From: Octopus sinensis
Lineage: Eukaryota
Length of the DNA stretch: 64,000 nucleotides
Reading direction: 5' to 3'
Assembly: GCF_006345805.1 (NCBI RefSeq)
Contig: NC_043010.1
Location: 13,826,001 to 13,890,000, forward strand
Of this stretch, positions 53,870 through 64,000 are shown piece after piece; positions within the stretch are counted from its first letter, which is position 1; every line of letters starts with the position of its first letter. Below the pieces are notes generated by a model. It had not been told where the DNA came from. It made no database searches and was given only the letters and a program-made list of their open reading frames with translations. The position numbers and the translations under genes are program-made.

Positions 53870-54780
53870 ATTCTCGTAAATTGTGAAGTCATTCCAGACT
53901 TCTACCTTCCACCAATCGCCAATGGTCTCCGTTTTCCGTTTAACCCCTACAAGTGCTTCGCAGTGTCGAGAGCTCTACAGTTCTCGACATTATAGGACCA
54001 AGGTTTTCTATATCTACTTCTTCCTTCTTTGCCCTCCTTCAACTGTGCCTTGAAGAATGGTTTAAGAGATTAAGAAATCGTGTCGGAATAAATGCCGGGC
54101 TTTCGGCCTGTCTTGCCTTCCAGCATATTTGGAGACTTGCTGCCCAACAAAGCTGTTTGTCTCGTACTCCATAAACGAGATGCCCAGTGGAGGCGCAATG
54201 GCCCAGTGGTTAGGGCAGCGGACTCGCGGTCGTAGGATCGCGGTTTCGATTCCCAGACCGGGCGTTGTGTGTGTTTATTCAGCGAAAACACCTAAAGCTC
54301 CACGAGGCTCCTGCAGAGGGTGGTGGCGACCCCTGTTGTACTCTTTCGCCTCAACTTTCTCTCACTCCACTCTTACTTCCTGTTTCTGTTGTACCTGTAT
54401 TTCAAAGGGCCGGCCTTGTCACGCTGAATATCCCCGAGAACTACGTTAATGGTGCACGTGTCTGTGGAGTGCTCAGCCACTTACACGTTAATTTCACGAG
54501 CAGGCTGTTCCGTTGATTCGGATCAACCGGAACCCTCATCGTCGTAACCGACGGAGTGCTTCCATCCAAACGAGATGCCTAGCTGCCTTCTGAAGCACCT
54601 GTACTCAATCACCTGATTTGTACCCGTACTTGTACTCAATCGCATGGGTATTTTTTTACCTTTCGTATCGGCTGTGAGTCTCCAGCTCTCACACCCGTAA
54701 GAAAGATCGAAGTCACCGAAGTTATAGAGTTTTGAGTTTCGTGGGAAAACTGTCAGAACTGGTTTTCCATACAACGTTCA
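53870..54780 (-). pseudogene. RTE-clade LINE remnant (RT C-terminus)
   Basis: LSYGCESWRL, YRCFRRQLGIS, KTILQGTVEGG motifs; degenerate. Confidence 0.75.
54185..54567 (+). mobile_element. SINE head C + tail T2 inserted into the RTE remnant, 12-bp TSD
   Basis: aaacgagatgcc at 54173-54184 and 54568-54579. Confidence 0.92.
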
Positions 54781-54894
54781 CCTTTGTTGTGCCCTATATA
54801 TATATAATTTAGCTGCAAAGCCACATGGGTGACTCAAAGGCCGAGAATATTGTGCACTGCTCTCGTCTCACGGACGGACGCACGCGCGCGCACA

Positions 54895-54950
<56 letters not shown>

Positions 54951-55025
54951 TGTGCATGGAGGTGCGGATGTGTGTAATAAATGGTGTCTATAATGTGCTG
55001 CAGTCTCGGCTTTCTTATTTTATCT

Positions 55026-55441
55026 AGGGCGGACTATACTCGAGGATTTACGGTACATGGCTCTTTGGTAAGAAGTTCGCTCCCCAACCACATGGTTCCG
55101 AGTTCAATCTCACTGCGTGGCACCTTGGGCAAATGTCTTTTAATATAGCCTCGGGCCGACCAAAGCCTATGTGAGTGGATTTGGTAGACGGAAACTGAAA
55201 GAAGCCCGTCGTGTAATGTTTGTGTCTTTGTGTCTGTGTCTGTGTTTGGCCCCATCCCATCCTCGCTTGACGACCGGTGCTGGTGTGTTTATGTCCCCGA
55301 AACTTAGAGGCTCGGCAAAGGTGACCTGTAGAATAAAGTATCAGACTTAAAAAGAAAATAAGTTCTGGGGTCAGTTAGTCCGACTAAAATTTTTCAAGGT
55401 AGTGCTCCAGTATGGCCACGTTTTAATGACTCAAGTAACAG
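55026..55441 (+). repeat. ~415-bp duplicate of 58720-59130 (MITE terminus + family A SINE)
   Basis: Shared private variants, e.g. ttccgagttcaatctcactgcg and ggccccatcccatcctcgc. Confidence 0.88.
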
Positions 55442-55604
55442 TTGGAACGCTTTATAAGTCTTATATTACACATCGTTACTCTATGTATCTACATACATAA
55501 CTGTCTGTCTATATATTTATCAGTCTGTCTGTCTTTCTTTCTGTCTGTCTGTCTGTTTATCTGTTTTGTCAATATATCTGTTATTCTGAGATTTATCATC
55601 ATCG

Positions 55605-55878
55605 TATTTTTGACTGTGGCCATGCTGGAGCATCGCCTTTAGTCGAGAAAATCGACCCCAGGACTTATTCTTTGTAAGCCTAGTACTTATTCTATCGGTC
55701 TCTTTTGCCGAACCGTTTTCGCTACAGCCATCAGACAAATAAAACTGCCTGCCCCTCCCAGCAATCTTCACTTTGATCGACCCGAGGCTATAGAAGAAGA
55801 AACTTGCCCAAGGTGCCACGCAGTGGGACAGAACCCGGAACCATGTAGTTGAGAAGCAAGCTTTTTTACCACACAGCC
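55605..55878 (-). mobile_element. Family A SINE with replaced interior
   Basis: Tail part 55605-55716 and head part 55778-55878. Confidence 0.75.
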
Positions 55879-55990
55879 AGGCCTGCGCCAAATGTGTAGC
55901 TAAAATTCTGACAGGTTGCTTGCCTCTAGAGACTGACGATGAATAAAAGAGGTTTAAATACAGCACCTTGCGTGACCCTGAGAATCACGA

Positions 55991-56021
<31 letters not shown>

Positions 56022-56036
56022 CGCACGCACACACAC

Positions 56037-56081
<45 letters not shown>

Positions 56082-56535
56082 TACATACATATGCAGATAC
56101 ATCTGTTGCAATGATCATATCTTTCAATGCTGTTGAAAGTTTTCCAGAATCTAGAACACTTCATAAAAATAACAATAATAAAAATTATAAAAAAACAAAA
56201 AAAAACTAATCTTCAAAGATTTTGATGAAAGATTCTGGCATTGTTTGAGAACAATGGCTGGAATACCATCCGGTCTTGGAGCTGAGTTGGTTTGTTTTAT
56301 CATTATTAACGGAGTCTACTTCATATCTTTCACACACAAAATAAATGGTTATTCGGTGAATGAATGGGTAGGGGTGTTGTGTGTCCGACTAAATAGAATT
56401 TCCATTAGTTAAACAGTTCCATTCTTTGAAAGTGTGTCAATAATTTTATTGTTTACCAAATTTTGATAATCGCTTCCTCTGTTTTAGTCTCTACGCCAAA
56501 GTTAGTCACATATCTCCCGCGTTGTAAATAACATA

Positions 56536-56572
56536 TGTACATACATACACACATACATACATACATTCATAC

Positions 56573-56603
<31 letters not shown>

Positions 56604-57265
56604 CGTACGTACATACATACATACATACATACACATACATACATACATGCATACCTACATACATACATACATACATACATGCATACATACATCCATCCAT
56701 CCATACATACATACATACATACATACATACATTCATACATACATACATACATACATACATACATACATGCATACATACATCCATCCATCCATCCATACAT
56801 ACATACATACATACATACATACACACATACATACATTCATACTTACATACATTCATACATACATACATACATACGTACGTACGTACATACATACATACAT
56901 ACATACGTACGTACATACATACATACATACATACGTACGTACATACGTACATACATACGTACATACATACATACATACATACATACATACATACATACAC
57001 ATACATACATACATACATACATACATACATACACACACACATATACACATACATACACACATACATACACACATACACACATACACACACATATTCACAC
57101 ACACATACATACACACACACACACATACATACATACATACATACATACATACATACATACATACATACATACATACGTTTGTATATCTTCATACACGTGC
57201 GTATACATATATACATTTACATATACATACATAAATATATGCATAGATATTCATGCATACGTACA

Positions 57266-57322
<57 letters not shown>

Positions 57323-58000
57323 ACAAGCACTATTACGTACGTAGACATATATATTTATGCTTGCGTACATCCCTGAAAATATATCTAGAAAACTAATGAA
57401 AACAGTAAATCTACCCACGCATGTCTCACGTTGTAAATAACGAGCAGTAAATATACACTAGCATTTTTACAACGAACGTATACATTTACATATACATACA
57501 TACATGCATACATACATACATGCATGCATGCATACATACATACATACATACATGCATGCATACATACATACATACATACGTACGTACGTACGTACGTACA
57601 TACATACATACATACATACATACATAATACATACATACATACATACATACATACATGCATACATACATACATGCGTGCATACATACATGCATACATACAT
57701 ACATACATACATACATACATACATACATACATACATACATGCATACATACATACATACATACATACATGCATACATGCATACATACATATATGCGTACAT
57801 ACATACATGCATACATATATACGTACATACATACATGCATACATACACACACACACATACATACATACACACATACATACACACATACATACATACATAC
57901 ATGCATACATACATATACATATACCTACATGCATATATATGCACTCACACACTGATGTACATACGCATACATACACATACGCATACGCATAAGCTATCCA
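56536..58000. repeat. (ATAC)n / (AC)n compound arrays
   Basis: Direct reading. Confidence 0.92.
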
Positions 58001-58239
58001 CACACTTTCACCTACATACATACACTTATACACACGGACATGTACTTTTACATATACATACACACAAACACTTTTGTATGCATGTCCATGCATGTATACA
58101 TACAAACTCTAGACTACATATACATACGCAAGCACACATATACACACACACATGCAAACACACACACACCCATATCTCTTTTGTGTCGGTCTTTTCATCG
58201 AAGCTACACACCTCTTACATAGAAAATAACAGACACATG

Positions 58240-58747
58240 CCGTAAATCTTCGAGTATAATCCGCATTTTTTCCCCAAAATTTAAAGGCCAAAATCCCTAG
58301 TGCGTACTATATACGAGGTTAAAAATGAAAAATATTTTCTAAGCAATGTCCGAGTCTCTATTTGCTGTCCGGCTGTGTTTACTCAGACGCATATCGTGAT
58401 GTCGGGCGCGAAAATACCTTAAGCAATGAAGTCATAAAAGAATCGTCCCTAACTTGCAGTAAGCAACATTGATTAAAATAAAAGTATTCAGAACACAGAA
58501 TAACATGTAGCAAAAACAATTTGAAAACATATTTACATTCCCATATAACAGTTAAGAACATCACCATTATTGTATTACACATGCGCGGAAGTGTTTGTTC
58601 GACTAGGTGCTGCTGGCTTAATTACGCACGACTCAAGTTAGAGAAGGGGTGCGTATTATGCACAAGGTTTAAGTTTTTCAGCGGTACAACCCCTAAAAAT
58701 CCCCTGCGTATTATACTCAAGGGCGGACTATACTCGAGGATTTACGG
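58240..58747. mobile_element. Tc2/pogo-type MITE
   Basis: TIRs ccgtaaatcttcgagtataatccgc / gcggactatactcgaggatttacgg; TA at right, TG at left. Confidence 0.75.
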
Positions 58748-59221
58748 TACATGGCTGTGTGGTAAGAAGTTTGCTCCCCAACCACATGGTTCCGAGTTCA
58801 ATCTCACTGCGTGGCACCTTGGGCAAATGTCTTTTAATATAGCCTCGGGCCGACCAAAACCATGTGAGTGGATTTGGTAGACGAAAACTGAAAGAAGCCC
58901 GTCGTGTATATTTGTGTCTTTGTGTCTGTGTTTGGCCCCATCCCATCCTCGCTTGACGACCGGTGCTGGTGTGTTTATGTCCCCGAAACTTAGAGGTTCG
59001 GCAAAAGTGACCTGTAGAATAAGTATCAGACTTTAAAAGAAAATAAGTTCTGGGGTCAGTTAGTCCGACTAAAATTCTTCACGGCGGTGCCCCAATATGG
59101 CCACATTTTAATAAATCAAGCAAGTAACAGATAAAAGATACATACACTGATATTCACACACACACACGTAGACGTACGCTTACATATACATACACGTGCT
59201 CTCACGTGTGTATATATACAC

Positions 59222-59432
59222 GTTAGCGCGCCGGGCGAAATGCTTAGTGGTATTTCGTCTGTCTCCATGTTCTGAGTTCAAATTCCGCCGAGGTCGACTT
59301 TTCCTTTCATCCTTTCGGGGTCGATAAATAAAGTACCAGTTTCGCACTGGGGTCGATATAATCGACTTAATCCCTTTGTCTGCGCTTGTTTGTCCTCTCT
59401 ATGTTTAGCCCCTTGTGGGCAGTAAAGAAATA
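59222..59432 (+). mobile_element. SINE family B monomer (5'-clipped)
   Basis: Body and gcagtaaagaaata tail. Confidence 0.88.
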
Positions 59433-59594
59433 TATATACTCATGTATACATGCACACCGAATAACACGTGCACATACATACGCATACACATATACACATA
59501 TAGACACATACACATACACATGCACACGCGTACATACACACTGATAAGCCGAAACACACCCATCTCAATATGTATTATACGTATGCACTGACGC

Positions 59595-59659
<65 letters not shown>

Positions 59660-59728
59660 ACATACACACATACACACACACTACACACACACACACACAT
59701 GCACACCACACACACACATACACACCAC

Positions 59729-59773
<45 letters not shown>

Positions 59774-59922
59774 ACACACACACACACCACATACACACAC
59801 ACATACACCACACACATACACATACACACACACACACATGCACACACACACATACACACACACACACATACACACACACACACACACATACACACACATA
59901 CACACACACACACACACATACA

Positions 59923-59961
<39 letters not shown>

Positions 59962-59968
59962 ACACACA

Positions 59969-60021
<53 letters not shown>

Positions 60022-60199
60022 CACAATGTTAACGGGGGCGGAGAAAATATCTCGTGGCGGCAGAAGGAATGAAAGATTAAAGTCGGTTCTAAGCGAAATT
60101 TGAACTCCGAAAGCAAATGAGTCAGAAGTAAATGCTTGCAAAGGTAATTGCTTAGCCCGGCACTCAGCCGTCATTGTCATCTGCCGTTTGTACCGAAAT

Positions 60200-60241
60200 G
60201 GTGATGATGATGGTGGTGGTGGTGGTGGATGAGGATGAGGA

Positions 60242-60299
<58 letters not shown>

Positions 60300-60337
60300 G
60301 ATGATGAAGGCGATGATGGCGATGATGATGATGATGC

Positions 60338-60376
<39 letters not shown>

Positions 60377-60445
60377 GGATGACGATGACGATGATGACGA
60401 TGATGGCGATGATGGCGATGATGATGATGATGATGATGAGGATGA

Positions 60446-60476
<31 letters not shown>

Positions 60477-60511
60477 GATGATGATGGCGATGATGATGAT
60501 GATGGCGATGA

Positions 60512-60542
<31 letters not shown>

Positions 60543-60690
60543 GATGATGATGATGATGATGATAGCGATGATGATGATGATGGCGATGATGATGATGATG
60601 GCGATGATGATGATGAGGAGGATGACGATGATGATGAGGATGAGTATGATGTCGATGGTGGTGGTGATGGTGGTGGTTGTGGTGGTGTAA
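60200..60690. repeat. (GAT)n array with GGC/GAG interruptions
   Basis: Direct reading. Confidence 0.95.
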
Positions 60691-61464
60691 GAGAGAGAGA
60701 GAAAGATAGGAAAAGAGAGAGAGAATAGGAAGTGAGAAGGGGAAATACTGGCTATGAGGAGAAAATATATGTCGGTTTCCGCACCATACATCCTACAGGA
60801 CATTCCAACAGACGATTGTGGGTGGTTGGGGGGGGGGAGAGAAGAAGAAAGAAGGGGGAGAGAGAGAGAAGGAGCGGAAGAGAGAAAGACAGAAGAAACA
60901 ATGTGTCGAAGATCTGGCTTCAGATAAAAAGAAAATATTGAAATGTTAGAATAAATGGTAGATTTCTCTCTGATGTTGGCAGAGTGGTTACACTGTCGGA
61001 CAGAATGCTTTATAGCATTCGTTTCGACTCCCTGGACTCTGAGTTCAAATTCGTCCCTATCTCATTGGCCTGTAGGACAGTTTAGTTATGGAAGTCACGT
61101 GGCTTAAATCCTAACCTCCAAATAATTATAAGTTTAATGTTCTTTTCTTCTTAATTCAAAGCTCTCAAACTATACGAGGTTTGTTGTTCCTTCTCGAGCC
61201 ACGCTTGGCTCATAAGGGCCGGTTTCCCGGTTTCCTTGGCGTATAGGTTCCCCACCTGGACTGGACGCCGGTCCGTCGCAGGTGAGCTGCAATATTCGGA
61301 AAATTTGAAACTGTGGTTTGTTAGTACTTCTGGTGGGTAAACTCAATTTATAAGATCAACGGACATGTTTCAGATACTGAGCACTTATACAGGGTGCTTT
61401 TATCTGCTAATTGCGTGGATAATTTAGGTTAAAGCTATTTTTTAACACTCTATATTACATATGT

Positions 61465-61762
61465 TGTTCCTTCTCGCGCCATGCCTGGCTCATAAGGGCC
61501 GTTTTCCCGGTTTCCTTGGCGTATAGGTTCCCCACCTGGACGGGACGCCGGTCCGTCGCAGGTGAGCGGCAAGATGCAGGAGGAAAGAGTGAGAGAAAGT
61601 TTGTGGTAAAAGAGTCAGCAGAAGTTCGCCATTATCTTCTGCCGGAGTCGCGTGGAGCTTAGGTGTTTCACTCATAAGCACACACATCACCCGGTCTGAG
61701 ATTTGAACCCCGATCCCTCGACCGCGCGACCGCTGCTCTAACCACTAGGCCATGTGCCCCCA
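61465..61762 (-). mobile_element. SINE head C variant + tail T1 (partial tail copy also at 61185-61292)
   Basis: Matches 11570-11835 and 16704-17012. Confidence 0.88.
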
Positions 61763-62172
61763 CATACGAGGTTTGCATTCGGACTGATTGTTTAAAACAT
61801 GTTATACCTCCTAGTGTTGCTCCTTTTATATTGTTTTGGGATAATGAAACAGTAAATTATACTCAGTGGGGAATCCAGGACCTAATTTTGGATGTTGCCC
61901 GGCAACTCCTATTCTAGTAAGAGTTGACTCCCTTTTCCTTGACTGTTGCCCGAAAAACCTTGGTCTCGATTTTTTTGGTGTCGGCTCGGGTAGAAAGGGT
62001 GTTACCCGGGAAACTTGAGCAGCAACTGGATCCGCCACAGATAATACTAAATACGGTTGCTCTGCTGCGCTGGGGAAACTGTTTGTTATAGAATTGATTT
62101 GCCTCTTGCAAGAGATTCCATGAACACGACTAGCAATAACCAATCAACGAGCTTTATTCATCCTCTCAAATA

Positions 62173-62436
62173 TTACTCTTTTACTCTTTACTCTTTACTC
62201 TTTACTCTTTTACTCTTTACTCTTTACTCTTTTACTCTTTACTCTTTACTCTTTTACTCTTTACTCTTTTACTCTTTACTCTTTTACTCTTTACTCTTTA
62301 CTCTTTACTCTTTACTCTTTTACTCTTTACTCTTTTACTCTTTACTCTTTTACTCTTTACTCTTTACTCTTTACTCTTTACTCTTTACTCTTTACTCTTT
62401 TACTCTTTACTCTTTACTCTTTTACTTGTTTCAGTC
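62173..62436 (-). repeat. Expanded (AAAGAGT/AAAAGAGT)n tail of a family A SINE stub
   Basis: ~250 bp of (T)TTTACTC joined to ttgtttcagtca. Confidence 0.88.
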
Positions 62437-62491
62437 ACGGCGAGTTAGTTGTCTCACGTAAAGGAGAACAATTCATGAAAGGAAATTCCCA

Positions 62492-63814
62492 ATACCTATT
62501 TCTTTACTACCCACAAGGGGCTAAAAATAGAGGGGACAAACAAGGACAGACAAACGGGTTAAGTCGCTTATATCGACCCCAGTGCGTAACTGGTACTTAT
62601 TTAATCGACCCCGAAAGGATGAAAGGCAACGTCGACCTCGGCGGAATTTGAACTCAGAACGTAGCGGCAGATGAAATACCTATTTCTTTATTACCCACAA
62701 GGGGCTAAACATAGAGGGGACAAACAAGGACAGACAAACGGGTTAAGTCGCTTATATCGACCCCAGTGCGTAAATGGTACTTATTTAATCGACCCCGAAA
62801 GGATGAAAGGCAACGTCGACCTCGGCGGAATTTGAACTCAGAACGTAACGGCAAACGAAATACCTATTTCTTTACTACCCGCAAGGGGCTAAACATAGAG
62901 GGGACAAACAAGGACAGACAAACGGGTTAAGTCGCTTATATCGACCCCAGTGCGTAACTGGTACTTATTTAATCGACCCCGAAAGGATGAAAGGCAACGT
63001 CGACCTCGGCGGAATTTGAACTCAGAACGTAACGGGAACGAAATAATACTATTTCTTTACTACCCGCAAGGGGCTAAACATAGAGGGGACAAACAAGGAC
63101 AGACAAACGGGTTAAGTCGCTTATATCGACCCCAGTGCGTAACTGGTACTTATTTAATCGACCCCGAAAGGATGAAAGGCAAAGTCGACCTCGGCGGAAT
63201 TTGAACTCAGAACGTTAGCGGCAGATGAAATACTATTTCTTTATTACCCACAGGGGGCTAAACACAGAGGGGACAAACAAGGACAGACAAACGGATTGAG
63301 TCGATTATATCGACCCCAGTGCGTAACTGGTACTTATTTAATCGACCCCGAAAGGATGAAAGGCAACGTCGACCTCGGCGGAATTTGAACTCAGAACGTA
63401 ACGGCAAACGAAATACCTATTTCTTTACTACCCGCAAGGGGCTAAACATAGAGGGGACAAACAAGGACAGACAAACGGGTTAAGTCGCTTATATCGACCC
63501 CAGTGCGTAACTGGTACTTATTTAATCGACCCCGAAAGGATGAAAGGCAACGTCGACCTCGGCGGAATTTGAACTCAGAACGTAACGGCAAACGAAATAC
63601 CTATTTCTTTACTACCCACAAGGGGCTAAACAAGGACAGACAAACGGATTGAGTCGATTATATCGACCCCAGTGCGTAACTGGTAATTATTTTATCGACC
63701 CCGAAAGGTTGAAAGGCAACGTCGACCTCGGCGGAATTTGAACTCAGAACGTAACGGCAGACGAAATACGGCTACGCATTCCGCCCGGCGTGCTAACGTT
63801 TCTGCCAGCTCGCC
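62492..63814 (-). mobile_element. SINE family B heptamer (one head, seven ~184-bp bodies)
   Basis: Unit starts near 62492, 62676, 62860, 63046, 63230, 63413, 63597. Confidence 0.95.
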
Positions 63815-63936
63815 ATCAACAGCAAGATAACAACCATCTACCCACCGTGGATTTAATAACGGGTTTGGTTCGAAAATCCGTGAATGTTACCGAATACCTG
63901 AAAAAATACACAGGGTGATTTAACTGTAGCGATACA

Positions 63937-64000
63937 CTCTTTACTCTTTTACTCTTTTACTTGTTTCAGTCATTTGACTGCGGCCATGCTGGAGCACCGC
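63937..64000 (-). mobile_element. Family A SINE 3' end (continues beyond window)
   Basis: actcttttactcttttacttgtttcagtcatttgactgcggcc. Confidence 0.85.

Noticed and set aside
62492-63814. Regularly spaced repeats as a CRISPR array
   Set aside because: Units are contiguous SINE bodies without unique spacers; eukaryotic context; no cas genes.

Overview
Eukaryotic, AT-rich, repeat-saturated intergenic or intronic DNA. The SINE families and the very high (ATAC)n/(AC)n/(TA)n/(GAT)n load resemble an octopus (coleoid cephalopod) genome; this is inference from recalled repeat families, not a database result. No intact host gene is recognisable, and almost all long ORFs in the track are translated microsatellites. 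Contents: dozens of tRNA-headed SINEs (working names A-D), fragments of RLE-type (R4/Dong-like), CR1-like, RTE and L1/Tx1-like LINEs, a decayed DD37D (maT) transposon, mariner/Tc2/Mutator-type MITEs, two non-autonomous Helitrons, large micro/minisatellites and one 100-N gap. The least annotation-visible signal is a set of type I hammerhead ribozyme motifs with short, mostly palindromic helix III of the Penelope pseudo-LTR kind. Three have intact cores (7.7, 48.6, 51.7 kb), several are variant or decayed, and two sit in long inverted repeats. Also notable: head-to-tail SINE multimers with a recurrent junction (up to 7 units), SINE head/tail shuffling, a SINE-LINE shared 3' end, a (TATG)n-flanked RTE-like short element, a 46-bp-arm hairpin and an unexplained GC-rich island near 49.6-50.2 kb.
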